This document shows, piece by piece, positions 49,721 through 62,429 of a stretch of DNA of 64,000 nucleotides. The notes beneath the pieces were generated by a model. That model searched no databases, was not told the origin of the DNA, and saw only the letters and a list, made by a program, of their open reading frames with translations. The position numbers were made by a program, and so were the translations under genes. The DNA comes from Zootoca vivipara (lineage: Eukaryota): contig NC_083289.1 of the NCBI RefSeq assembly GCF_963506605.1, positions 27,900,001 through 27,964,000 on the forward strand, in the 5' to 3' direction. The stretch's first letter is position 1, and each line of letters starts with the position of its first letter.

Positions 49721-51354
49721 CTTTTGGTCTCCTCCTTGGAGTCGGAAGCCTTGAAAGAGGGCCGCCAAGACCATCACCCAACCTCTCGCCTTAGGAAAGG
49801 GTTTGTTGACTGGAGAGTAGTGCTGCTCCATGAAATCAGGAGCTGGGCCTGACTTGGCCCATGGCCGGACTCTGTGGCCAGCATCCATATGATAACTACA
49901 CATGTCTTGCACCCTGGTGGGTGGGTGGCACCAAAAGCACCCTGGCCAGGGCTTTGTTACCCTTGTTTTCCAGCCCACCCAGTACCAATTCCCTTTGATC
50001 CAGTGGGGGGCTTTGGCCAGGGTCTCCTGAGCATCTCCCTGGGGAAACTGTGGCTTCGGACAACTGATGTCTGTGTGGATGGGGTCTTTTGGATTTGAAG
50101 GGGAGTCCAGCTGACCCTGCAGCAGTCCTGGGCTGAGCCTGAGAAGGGGGCTTCCTGTCCCCTGGGCACTGCCATTCATTGCGAGAGCAAGAGTAAGTTG
50201 CCAGCCTCTCACATTTCAGGGGGTCCTTCAGTGATTGCCCCAACATCTCTTGCCCCACAGGGCCTGGGCATTGAAGGAAATCCTTCCTCCCCTGGGAGGT
50301 CACTGCAACCACTCTTGTGGTCAGTCAAGGCCTCTGCTGCTACCCCACATCCACAGCAGTCCCCACTCTCCCTGGCCTGTGTTTTTGTTGCTCCCCAGAC
50401 CAGCAGGGGGCAGGAGGAAGAGAAGGAGGGGCCTGAGCACCCTCCCTCCCTCAGGTTTGTTTGAAGGTGACGCGACCTGCCCCAACAAGCTTTTCTGGCA
50501 ACTGCATTTTGCTTCAGTGGCGCTGTTCAAATGGAGGCTGGGTAGCTACTGGGGACCTCCAGAGATCCGGGGAGGGATTGGGGCCTCCTCCTGTGCATGT
50601 GCCAGCCAGGTGCCAGGTGCAGTGGGTGCCCCGAATGGCCCCAACAGACTCACCTGTGGCCCCCCTGAAATACTTTCTTTTGTGAAAACCATTAATTATC
50701 ATATGGGGAGCTGGTTTATGGAGGGGATTAGTAGCAAAGAACTGCTTAGCAAAATTGGGTATAAGACAAAACACCCATCTAGTGGGCAGACTTTGGGGGT
50801 GGCTGCTATTTCCTCCGGCCTTGGTTGGGTGTGTGCGTGCAAGAGGCAACAAAGTGCTGTCTCGGCTTGTATGTTGCCTCTTCCAACACAGGGCCAGGTG
50901 TGCAGGTTGAGTGGGTTTGAGGAAGAGGCACCCGTCCTTCCGACAGCTGCCACATCAAGTGACAACTTGCCCATAGGAAGCGCTCATCACATGCCACAGG
51001 GCACAGCCCTATGTGACCTCAAAAACAATCCCTTCTGATAAGGGTGCTTCACAGGACTTTGTTTAGGAATAAGCCACTGGGAAATGAGATGGGCTCACCT
51101 GGGTGCCTCTACCTGGAAATGCCTCTTGCTGACCAGGAAGGGGTTGGAGTTTGGAAGACTGTGCTCCCTCTTACTCCCCTCACAGAAGCCAGTTGGACGC
51201 CCCAGCAGTAAGGAAGACCTGTCATGTCCTGGAGGACCCAAGCTGGAAGCACCTGCAGTCAGTTCAGACAAACTGTTGCATCTCCTTCCCTCCCTTCCCA
51301 CAGTTTGCAAGGGAAAGAGGGGGCAGTTTTTTCTAGCGAAGCTTCACAGTTTGA

Positions 51355-52050
51355 GGTTCAGAGCAGGTGCATAGTTAAACTGTGGAACTTGCTCCCATGG
51401 GAGGCAGTGATGGCCACTAACTTTTCCAGTTTTTAATGGAGGTGGCTTGTCAATGGCTACTAGCCATGATGGCTGTGCTCTGCCACCACAGTTGGAGACA
51501 GCAATGCTTCTGAATGCGCGGGGGGAGGGTAGTCTTGTGTGCTCAAATCCTGCTGGTTCCCAAATCCCGCAGTCACCTGGTTGGTCACTGTGAGAAGAGG
51601 ATCCTGGACTAGATGGGCCATTGGCCTGGTCTTACGTTCTTATGGAGGCTTTAAGAGATGATTAGACAATGGAGGAGGATACCAAATTCATGGTGCCAGT
51701 GGCTACCAGCCACAATGGCTATGCTCTCCCTCCACTGTTGGCAACAGAATGTTGCTCAATGCCATTTTGGGGAGAGTTGCTGCCGTTGCGCTCAGGTCCC
51801 ATTGGGGCGTCTGGTTGGCCACTGGGGGAACTGGGTGCTGAGCTAGATGGACCCCCTTTGGCCTGATCCAGGGCCGGCCCTACGGCCAGGCTGGGTGGCG
51901 CAGGGTGCCAGGGGGGCGCCGTGCAGCAGCACCCGCCCGCCGCACTGGGAAACAGGGCGGGGCGGGGCGCCAGAGGGATCCGTCGCATCACGGCGCCAGA
52001 TATGCTTAAGATGGCCCTGGCCTGATCCAGCAGCCACATTCTTTTTAGGG
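51355..52050 (+). mobile_element. Two tandem CR1-family 3' fragments
   Basis: Both are homologous to 47420-47940 (CATAGTTAAACTGTGGAA...; TAGATGGGCCATTGGCCTG; GGCCTGATCCAGCAG). Confidence 0.7.
51869..52019. mobile_element. 151-bp GC-rich hAT-type MITE
   Basis: TIR CAGGGCC...GGCCCTG; perfect TSD GCCTGATC at 51861-51868 and 52020-52027. Confidence 0.85.
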
Positions 52051-52829
52051 TCTCGTATTCAGTGTCCATGGGGATGTTGAACCCCACAGCACCATGTTCT
52101 GAATTCCTCTTGCTTGACCATAGGTGTAGTTCCCTAAAGGACTGTGCATCACAGCAAGTCCCTTTCATGGACACTGTTGTCTTTTGGTTGTGCCTTTGGA
52201 CTCTCTTTTGCTGGTGTAGGAACTTGGCCAGCCCAGTCCTTCCCCTCATATTCACTCATTTCGTAGAGAGTTGCTGCAGCAACAGAGTTGTCTAATCCTG
52301 TATGATACTTTGCAGTCCAGATCAGGAAATTCCTGGATTGGATAGACTGGTGGGAGTGGCCCTCTGCCAGCCTCTGCCCCTTCTGGGTCACAAGCGAGGG
52401 CGAGACATTGCCCAACCCTGTGACGAGGCACAAAGTCACAGATGTGTGCTCTGCTGGTGCCCACGGATCACCATCCTGCGGAAGCTGGCTCATCCAGACT
52501 GCAGGCAGGTGCTTGTTCCTCGGGGAGAAGCAAGCCTCCCGTTCCCTGCTCAGCTGTTTCCCTCTTGCCTTTCCCATAGTTGGACCATCCATCCTCTGCT
52601 GGTGAATGGGAGCTGGAGCTTTTCTAAGGGATATTTGTAACTGCACAAGTGCTACATGATTGTGGTTTGCAACACACACCTCTGCATTTTCTCTGCGTGC
52701 GCACACACGCACACACACTGTTGCTTGGAGTCCTATTCCAATGGCATTTGGAGGACTACACAATAGTAGCCGAGAATCCTCAGAACTGGGAAATCTGGCA
52801 GTGCTAATGCAGAGATGTTTTATATTCAG

Positions 52830-53520
52830 GCTTATTTATTTAGTTAGTTCATTCAATTTATATAGTGCTTGATTGTAGAAAACCTCAAAGCGGTTTACAG
52901 AAAGAATGAAACAGCAAGGTCACTAGCAAAGCAGTTAAAACATTCAAAAAATTAGAAAGCAGCAATGAACTAACAAACACTTTAGCATTCTAACATGTCT
53001 GGGTAGGCCTGTCTGAACAAAAATGTTTTTAGCAGGCGCTGAAAAGAGTACAGATGTCAATAGGCAAGGAGTTCCAAAGTTGTAGGACTTGCGTTAGAGC
53101 AGGCATTCCCAAACTTCGACCCTCCAGATGTTTTGGACTACAATTCCCATCTTCCCCGACCACTGGTCCTGTTAGCTAGGGATCATGGGAGTTGTAGGCC
53201 AAAACATCTGGAGGGCCGCATTTTGGGGATGGCTGTTGTAGGTGCTGCCACCCTAAAAGATCAAATTACTACAAATGTGGAACAGATATTATGTGACGCC
53301 TGTAACAGTTCCTCAGATCAAAGTGGTCAAGAAGTCACATACATGGGGTAAGGCAAGCTCGCAGGTAGACTGGTACCAAGTTATTAAGGCCTTTATTTGA
53401 ATACTAACAGTAACACCTTGAACCCGGCCCGGTAGCAAATCGAAAAACAATGCAGGTCTCTGAGCACATCTGTTATATGCTGGCCCAGTCTCACTGTCAG
53501 CAATTATGCTGCAGTATTCA
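52830..53520 (-). mobile_element. L2-type LINE 3' fragment containing a palindromic MITE at 53100-53235
   Basis: TTATTTATTT tail and GCAGTATTCA-type L2 sequence; the MITE is homologous to 47776-47911. Confidence 0.7.
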
Positions 53521-54206
53521 GCTTCACACAAGAGATGTCATGGACTCAAACAAAACTATGTTTGGAATAAGAGATTTTTTAAAAGTGGAGGGATGCACAA
53601 ACATCAGAACAACTGAGCCCAGCTCTCCCACTTCCCAGTACACAGACTATATTGGAACCAGGAAGTCAGCTCTTAGAGAAATAGTAATCTTGGGTATCAC
53701 ATATCCCATTCATCACCCAGAGACGAAAGTCTTAGTAACTTCCCAGGCACGTGGTCAGCTTTGTTAGCTAGTTTCTTCCTGCTTCTGGGAGGCCACAGGG
53801 CTGGAGAAGTGGGGCAACTGGGACAGGCTGGAGGAAAGCTCTTCTCTCTTGCCTTGAGAGGCACAGAATTGCCTTCTAGGGCAGTTGCAGGAACTCCCGG
53901 TGTTTACAGAGGAGCCTGCGTGAGCTGCTCTCTTGATTGGAGGACTTTGCTGTCGCTCTGTGTTGGAGTGGGGAGGTTCGGTCATGGTTCACTCTTGTTA
54001 TATGTCAGGAGACCCAGATCATGTGTGAAGAGGGTGATTGCAAGAGTTTAGAACATCCTTCCCTGGGGCCTCCTTGAAGTCAGGATGTGGCTGGCTTCTC
54101 ATTGCAGTGACAAATCTAGGCAGCAGATTTCTGTAAATTGAACATTGTTGTTCCTGAATGTTTATCGTCTTGTAGTATTTGGAGGAATCTTGGGGCGCTT
54201 CCAGAT

Positions 54207-54295
54207 CATAGCTGCCAAGTTATCCCTTTTTAAAGGGATTTTCCCTTATGCTTAATAGGCTTCCTCGTGAGAAAAGGGAAAACTTGGCAGCTATG
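54207..54295. mobile_element. 89-bp hAT-type MITE
   Basis: TIR CATAGCTGCCAAGTT / AACTTGGCAGCTATG; perfect TSD TTCCAGAT. Confidence 0.92.
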
Positions 54296-54941
54296 TTCCA
54301 GATGAGGGTGTCATGTTGCAAATGAGCCATTCAGATCCAGTTTCTTGGTACATTCTCTTCCATACACTGTTACACTGTTTGGGTGTTTGTTGCTGCACAT
54401 TCTGGTGGGCAGAGATTGATAGATATATTTGTTCTATTCTGGACATGCACACAGGTTTTTATCTACCTGAGCACATGCAGGGTTTTTTTGTTTTTAAATA
54501 ATTCACCAGAAGCACACAAGCAAATGTCAGCAGCTGTTAATTATCACATTTCACAACAGGCCAAATGAAGGGCTGTGCTTTTGTGAGGAGCAATATCCAT
54601 TTCCATTTGAATTTTTTAAAAAATAATTCTGAGGTCTTGCACAAGAGTGATTTCAGGTGACAGGGAGAAGTGGAGCTGAGTGTCATCAGCATATCAATAG
54701 CACCTCACTGCAAATCTCCTGTTGACGCATCCAGCAGCTTTGTAAAGATAATAAAAAGCTGGAGGGAGAGGTAGGGGTAGGATGGAATATTGTGGGACCC
54801 TCAAAGCACAAATGCAACTGAGTTAAGTGGAAAACTACCACATTATCTTCTGAAACTGCCTCTGCAGATAGGAGCAGAACCTCCATGTCTCGTGAGTCCC
54901 CTATTCCCAATTACAGATTTGGTCCAGCAATACACTGTGGT

Positions 54942-55429
54942 CAGTAATATCAAACCTTTTCAGCAGGGGGGCGGCCCACTGTCCCTCAGACCTTGTGGGG
55001 GGCCGGACTATATTTTTTTGGGGGGGGAATGAACGAATTCTTATGCCCCACAAATAACCAGAGATGCATTTTAAATAAAAGCACACATTCTATTCATGTA
55101 AAAACACAAGGCAAGCCCCACAAATAACCCAGAGATGCGTTTTTAAATAAAAGCACACATTCTACTCATGTAAAAACACATGTAGGCAACCTAAGGCCCA
55201 GGGGCCGGATGCGGCCCAATCGCCTTCTCAATCCGGCCCATGGACGGTCCGGGAATCAGCGTGTTTTTACATGAGTAGAATGTGTGCTTTTATTTAAAAT
55301 GCATCTCTGGGTTATTTGTGAGGCATAGGAATTTGTTCACCACCTACCCACCCAAAATATAGTCCCGGCCACCACATGGTCTGAGGGACAGTGGACCCAC
55401 CCATGGCTGAAAAACGTTGCTGACCCCTG
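54942..55429. mobile_element. Two Charlie-like MITE copies joined in inverted orientation
   Basis: + copy ~54942-55180 and - copy ~55183-55429 (ends TGACCCCTG), same family as 44656-44975. Confidence 0.8.
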
Positions 55430-55789
55430 ATTTAGCCAATGCCACTCATCCCCTGGCTAGCTGTCAATAGCCAAGACAGGCAAGGATCAAGGGTGTGGTC
55501 AGCCGCACCTTTGCCCGATGCTTTATCCACATCCTCAGGCATCCTCAGTTGAAACTGATCCCATTAAGAGGCTAGACACCTTCATAGGAGCTGCATCCAA
55601 GTTGGCCAGGTTCACAGTGAATACGAACCACTTTAAGACACAAATGTTTCACGTCGCTTCCCTTCAATAATTTCCCTGCTAAGACTGCTCTGTTTTCAGT
55701 CTTCCCCAGCTTGGAGCTGTCCAGAAGTTTTGGACTACAGCTCACATCAAGCCCAGCTGTAAAAAAAAACAAATCTGGAAGGCACCAGG

Positions 55790-55790
55790 A

Positions 55791-55838
<48 letters not shown>
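55790..55838. repeat. (ATT)n microsatellite
   Basis: Direct inspection. Confidence 0.95.
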
Positions 55839-55839
<1 letters not shown>

Positions 55840-56930
55840 TCATTTTGCTATAATCCTGGCACCACCACCCTCATAAAAACACTTGACACAGTTCAAGACT
55901 CTGTACTGGAAGGGATCCCTTCAACTTTGAAACGATGGGGTACCTCTTGAGGACTAGAGTAGTGTGGAGACTGCAGTGACTGTGTTTGAGGAGGGAAAGA
56001 GAGATGGGTGGTCTGATCAGGCTCTAGGGTTCTAGAAGAGCCCAGACTGCTCACTAGATGCCCTCACTTTTTACAGAACAAGCAGTAACATAATACAACT
56101 TCTGCATGACACTTGAATTTCAGAACTGCATAAATATTTGGAGGGGGGAGTGCACATCTCCCCTCCCCACAGAACATCACACTTTATGTCCAGCCCCCAT
56201 TCGAAGGTAGGTTCCTGGTCCTCCCTGAACAGGTTATTATTATTATTATAATAATACTTAATATTACTTTGGCCAGCTTCCAACATACTGTATATAAAAA
56301 CATAATAAATCATTACACAGTAAAATATGTTGGACTCTGCCTTTGTCTGCCCCATGGTGGTCCCCACGGACCACCTGAATGGGCAGCCCGAGACACTCCC
56401 CCTGTGTCTCTTGTTAAAAATTGTTCGCCATGCCTGCAGCAGCCCTCTGAGATGTTGGCTGTTTTCTGTGTAAACACAAGCTGGCTGTGTTATCAGCGGG
56501 TTTAGGAGGCGTTGATTTGTCCAGCTGCTGCTGTGGCCATTCAAGGGGCAGGAAGTCATGGGGCAGCCCAGCTCCAGCAGGCAAATTCTGGTAATTCTCC
56601 TTCACCTCTTCATGCCTGACCTTCCCACTAGCTACACTGTGCTTGGGCCTCTCAGCTGTTCTGTTGCACTGCCCCTCAAACTTGCTGTTATCCTGCTCTA
56701 TGAGCACTTGCAGAAAAGCAGGGATTTCAACAGTCAGCTGTTTTTTCTCAGGGATGAGGAACATGTGCCCCCTCCCTAGAAATGGTTGCACTACAATTCC
56801 CATCATCCATGAGCCATGCTAGCTGCTGGGGCTGCTGGGATTTGAAGTCTAGCACCTTGAGGGCTTCAGTTCTTCCCCATCATAATTTTATTTCTATTTA
56901 TTACAAAATTGCATTGCTTAATTTAATAAA

Positions 56931-57242
56931 AGGTAAAGGTACCCCTGACCATTAGGTCCTGTCGCAGATGACTCTGGGGTTGCACACTCATTTCGCTCTA
57001 TAGGCCAAGGGAGCCGGCATTTGTCCGCAGACAGCTTCCAAGTCATGTGGCCAGCATGACTAAGCCGCTTCTGGCGAACCAGAGCAGCGCACGGAAACGC
57101 CCTTTACCTTCCCGCCGGAGCGGTCTCTATTTATCTACTTGCACTTGACGTGCTTTTGAACTGCTAGGTGGGCAGGAGCTGGGACCGAACAATGGGAACG
57201 CACCCCATCATGGGGATTCGACCACAGCGCCACCCGCGTCCC
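56931..57242 (-). mobile_element. Sauria SINE with internal deletion and 13-bp TSD
   Basis: Head GGGACGCGGGTGGCGCTGTGG, (ACCTTT)n tail, flanking TTAATTTAATAAA on both sides; homologous to 63697-64000. Confidence 0.9.
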
Positions 57243-57587
57243 TTAATTTAATAAATTAATTTAATAAATGTTTCTAAATGGTTGACACAAAAACAATACA
57301 AATACCACCACCCAGAAAAATGTCCCAAAACTAGAGAATACTAAAACTAAAACGGAGTAATCTGCAAAACAGAGAACTTTGAGTCAGAGTTCAAGACAGC
57401 TTGGGTAAACAAAGTTTTAAAAGAGTTGTTTAAAGGTCATTCCTGTCTCCTTCTCACAAATTACCCAAGGGGAGGGCATTCCAGGGGTTGCGGCGGCTTA
57501 ACAGACCTGCTTCCATGTTGTCACCATCAGCTGGTCATGAGATGACCAGGAAAGCATCCCGAGAGGATCTCATAGATACGATTTTAA

Positions 57588-57713
57588 AAGACATCTGAAG
57601 GCAGCCCTGGGTAGGGAATTTTTAAATATTTAATGCTGTGTTGTTTTTAACACTCGATTGGGAGCCGCCCAGAATGTCTGGGGAAACTCAGCCAGATGAG
57701 CGGGGTATAAATA

Positions 57714-57744
<31 letters not shown>
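57588..57744 (+). mobile_element. L2-type 3' end with (ATT)n tail
   Basis: AGACATCTGAAGGCAGCCCTG...GGGAGCCGCCCAGAATG...CAGATGAGCGGGGTATAAATA(TTA)n. Confidence 0.7.
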
Positions 57745-59870
57745 GACTTTGGGGGTATGTATTGGTAAATTTCCTTCCCCATACTCTCAGGGTTGAGATT
57801 TTTAAATGCCCTAGATCAGGACTGGCTAATCCATGGGCCTTCCAGATGTTGGACTACAAAGCCCATCCTCCCTGACGCTTGGCCACCCTGACTGCAGCTA
57901 ATAGAGGGCCACAGATATCCTCCACATGTGCTCTAGGTCTTTGGCCTGGGTCTTCCTGACACCCCAAGCTAGCTGCCTGAAGTGGCCGCCTCATACTTTG
58001 CCCTGCCCATCTAGGCTAGCATCCTGTTTCCTGCAGTAGCCAAAGAGATGCCTTCAGCCCACAAGCAGGACACGAAAGCAACAACTTCTCTCCTGGTGCA
58101 GGGCGGGGAGGGGGAGTGCTGCTGCTCCCCAGCAACTGGCATTTAGGCACAGTTGTATATAGCCATTATGACGGATAACTACTGACTAATGATAAGACTT
58201 CTCCTCCTCTTCCTCTGTGAATATGTCCCTCTTTTCCGTAGCACTGATTTGGGACTTTCAGAATATTCTGAATTGAGGTTTTATTTTAGGGATTTGCCGG
58301 GGGGGGGGGGGGCTGCCCTGACTGAACTTTTCTTTAGGATGTAGATTTGACTTAGGTTTAGTAAACAAAACTTGTAATTTAATTTTACATTCGTAGATAG
58401 ACAGACAGACACACTTCAAATGTGTTTTCAATAGCCAAAAGTAATTAAGCCGAAACATTTGATTGTGGTGGGGAGATCAGTAAAGGGCACAGTGTGGTTT
58501 ATATTCAAATGAAATGAGAGCAATTCTTGGAAACTGATTTTATGGGAATACTGGTAAATGTCTTAAGTCAGAGATGTCAGCTCAACAGTTTGAACTTCCC
58601 TTTTATATTAAATTTGGATTTGAAGGGAATTTTAGCCTGCTTGAAGAACTGAGCAGAATAATATCTGCCCTTCCTACGGAGAGTCGCCTGAAAAAGTTAG
58701 TTGCAACGTTGACTTTAAGCTGCAGCCATCCACTGTGCTGCTGCACTCTGTCAATTCATTCGCTTGCTTTATGAAGCAAGGCATTTCTAAAGGTAAACTT
58801 TGCATGGAGAAATGCAGCAGTGGGGAAATCTCTGCCCCACTTCATTCAGGTTTGGTGCCATGGAGGAAGCCTAACTCTGAATTGTTGGTGGAAATTGTCA
58901 GAATCGGGGCCTCTCCGCCCTTCCCAGAATGCTGCTGTCTCACCCAGAAGGAATCCATGGTCTCTAGAAAGCAATGCAGCAGAGAACTCTAGCTAGCCCC
59001 TCTGTGATTTCATAGCCCTTATACTGTGTTCATCCTCTCCTCCTCTCAACCCATCTAAACTTGTTCTCCTGGGATAGAAGGGGCTTTGCTGAATCCCACC
59101 CCCTCATCCAGCCTGCCAAAAAGCGTTGTGCTGCCCTCAGCAAAACCCAGCTGGCTCTGTTTGTGCTCACAGATCTCTTGCCAGGCGCAGCTGGTTGGCC
59201 TAGTCTTTGAATCTTACGGAGAATCCCATAGGAGGAGCAACTGTTGAGCTGGAGGGAGATTCTGCCCAGTGCTTTGCTTGCATGGGCTGATGGACAGGCT
59301 GGGGCAGGGCAAAGCCTTGCTTTCTTCCCCCATAGGGGCCTACCTTTAGCCACTCTTGGGTCCCTTTGCTGATGCAGCTCTCTGTGCTGTCTGTAAGCCT
59401 GCTTCAAGCTTAGTCAAGGCTTCAGGGCACAGTGGCGAGAGGCAAAGTGTGTGTGAGGGGGGGGGGGGGCAGAGAAGCCTGGCCCGTGACTTGCACCTCA
59501 GTCCCTGGCTTCCACAGTTGCATAACCTTTGCCAAGCTGGATCCTTTGGAATACAACTCCCATCTTCTGGCCATGGAGGCTGCGGCTGCTAGGAGCTGTA
59601 GTCCTAAACATCTGGAAGGCTATGGGTTGGTGAAGACTGCCAGAGGGGGGGGCAGGGGAGGGCATGACATCTTGCTTGTGAGAGTCAGCTGACAAACTAG
59701 GCATTCTTTGCGCCTAGTTGGGTATGAGAGGAGCCCCGGGGAATGCTGGTATCTAGTTGTGGGCCGGGGCCTCTCTGTGCTGCACAGAAGAGGTTGAGCC
59801 AGCTGTTCCTTCTCAGCCCAGAGTGGCCTTCCCGCTGACGGAGCCCCAGGACTTCCTGCAAAGTTTGCCT

Positions 59871-60071
59871 TAGGGGCGCCCAAACTTTTTTCAAAGAGGG
59901 CCAGATTTGATGAAGTGAACATGTGTGAGGGCCGACCAAAGCTGTTGACCTTTTTTTAGGATTGAAGTTGTTGAGCTTTTTTTTACGATTTTACCCCAGG
60001 AAATAAACTGCCACAGGGGCCGGATTCGGCAGGCCAGATTAGGCCCCCGAAACAGACTTTGGACATGCCTG
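59871..60071. mobile_element. hAT-type MITE (degenerate TIRs, no clear TSD)
   Basis: AGGGGCGCCCAAACTTTTT...CTTTGGACATGCCTG with GGCCGGATT subterminal motifs. Confidence 0.55.
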
Positions 60072-60319
60072 CTTCTTGGGAATAAGGAAGAATAGCTTGA
60101 AGGACAGAGGGTGATGTGACTGGAAAAAGGGAAGAGAGGAGCTGGGCACAGCCTGGCTAGTGTCTTCTCCTGCCCCCCCCCCCGCTCCCTTGGTGGGATG
60201 CTCTACCCAGGGAGGCCCACCTGACTCCGTCATGCTCAGTTTATAGTCCCTAAATTTAGATGCTTTTGTCCCCAGGTTCTGGCTCATAACATTGGACTGT
60301 TTCAAAATTTGATTTCTAT

Positions 60320-60635
60320 TACAATTTTTATTTATGATTTTCAGTTGTATACATTTCAACAATAGCGTAACAGTGGTTCTAACATTTCAAACCTCGACTT
60401 CCTTCCTCCTCTTTCTGCGGTTCCTTAAATTTATTTTATCATTCCCTGCATATTTTAAGTTATCTTAATTCATTCTTTTATTCATCTACTTTGATATACA
60501 TTTTTTGAAACTGCCAGTTATTGTAATAATCCTGCCAATGTTTATCTGTTTACAGTTTGCTTGTAAATATACAACAAACCATTTCCATTCCTTTAGGAAA
60601 AGTTTATTATCTTGATTTTTATTATCTTGAAATTA
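60320..60635 (-). mobile_element. L1 LINE 3' end
   Basis: The - strand encodes NQDNKLFLKEWKWFVVYLQ, resembling squamate L1 ORF2 C-termini, followed by an AT-rich 3' UTR. Confidence 0.65.
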
Positions 60636-61724
60636 GATTTCTGACCTTTTCATGTGTATTGATGGATGGGCACTTTTTGGTATTTGTGTGTTTGGCTTGA
60701 GTGTTTCTTACACTATTCATATTTTATGAATTGCATGTTGCTCTGAGGCATCTTTTGTGAAAATTGATGAATAACTCCATTAATAGATGAATGTTGTAGC
60801 TTGCTGGGATTGGACAGAGCCAGCAGGATCTGCCCCCTGCTCAAATGGCTGCCCAGCCTCTGCATCAGAGAGAGATCCTCACCAACCCTCCAGGTCTCCA
60901 TTGACGAGCCACACTTTTAATTCCAGAGTTTGTCCTATTGTGTTCCTTCTTCTGCCCATGAGATCTATAAAGGCCCAGAGGTATCCCCACAGGCAGAGTG
61001 CCCTGATACTCTGGCCAGCTGCTTCTTAGCACCGCCGGTTATCCAGGGACAGTCCCTCTTTCAGTCCTCTTCACCTTTTGGCACACATTCAAGGGGTGAC
61101 TCAGCTGCAAGAGAGCAGGTCACCTGTGGGGAGCTCCTTTGGCCTCCTTCTCTTTCCTCTCATTTGCCTTTGATGAGTAATTAACGGGAGAGACAAGGCA
61201 AGACAGACTCTTGCTGTCCCTTTGCCCCTATTGTATCACACTTATGCCACCTGTGGGGCTCAAGGCCATTAGTCATCCTTGGGGGATGGGCACCTACCAA
61301 AGCTCTCAGCTGGGAAGTCCTTGGGAAGAGGCACCGGTGCCTGAATGTCCTCCCAGGTGTTCTTTTGATCTCTCACTGTACCTGTGCGATGCTCACCCAC
61401 AGAGCCTCACCAGCGAGACCAATTATCGTTGAATCTTTCTCCCACTCACCTGTGTGAGAACGTTTTGCTTACTCAGTTCATAGGGACACCAGTGCTCCAT
61501 GTGTCACCTTTCAGGTTCTCAATCAGATTCAAGCATTTTCTCCTGGCTAGGGCTGGCTGGCAGGTTTTAGATGAGGCTTGTATTGTGGGAGAGCCAGGTG
61601 GAATGGGAAGAGTGTCACAAGGTGGATTGATGGAGGTGTGCAGGCAGTCAGGTGATTGATGCATGCATGGGGTGTTTGTGTAGCACTGCCTGTTTCAGTA
61701 GGCAGCTTCCAAACTTGAATGCAG

Positions 61725-61802
61725 TGAAATAAAAAAAAATTCCTTCAGTAGCACCTTAAAGACCAACTAAGTTTTTATTTTGGTATGAGCTTTCGTGTGC
61801 AT
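61725..61802. mobile_element. Penelope-like element terminal-repeat fragment
   Basis: CAGTAGCACCTTAAAGACCAAC...GGTATGAGCTTTCGTGTGCA, as recalled for squamate Penelope terminal repeats. Confidence 0.6.
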
Positions 61803-61924
61803 TTAAACTAGCGTATGCACATTTTATGCAGATCTGTGCCTTTTTTCTTTCTTTGGGGTGATGCATTTACTTTCCTGTGTTTTGGTAACCCATAAGCGGA
61901 CCACCTCTCTGTTATCCTTTAATT

Positions 61925-62429
61925 CAGTGTTTTACAAAGTGAGCATTACCACTCCCTGGGGGGGGGCATTGGAATGACCTAGGGGGACACCAAGAGGCAA
62001 CGGGATGACAGTGGGGCCCTATTTGTCAGACTTCGAAAAGCTGGTATCACTGGATCAAGCTCATCAATTCTGTTGACTTAATTAAACGAGTTTAATTAAA
62101 TTGAAATTAATTGAATTGAATTAAACTAGTAGTTTAATAAGATTTTGAATAAGTGTGAAATTGTTACTGTTCTGAATGTCATTGTGTTTACTACCTTCCT
62201 TAGTGGATCATGCAAACAGCTTTTCTTAATACGGGGTACCACTGTACTGCTTTTTATAGGGCATAGCTGCCAAGTTTTCCCTTTTCTCGCGAGGAAGCCT
62301 ATTCAGCATAAGGGAAAATCCCTTAAAAAAGGGGATAACTTGGCAGCTATGTTATAGGGTAAGGTAGGAGGCACTGGGGATGAGTTTGTGGAACCAAGGG
62401 GGCAGCCTGAAAAGGTTTGGAAATCACTG
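61925..62429. mobile_element. hAT element with a nested 90-bp MITE (62262-62351)
   Basis: Outer CAGTG...CACTG with degenerate TSD CTTTAATT/CTCTAGTT; the inner MITE has a perfect TSD TTATAGGG. Confidence 0.75.
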
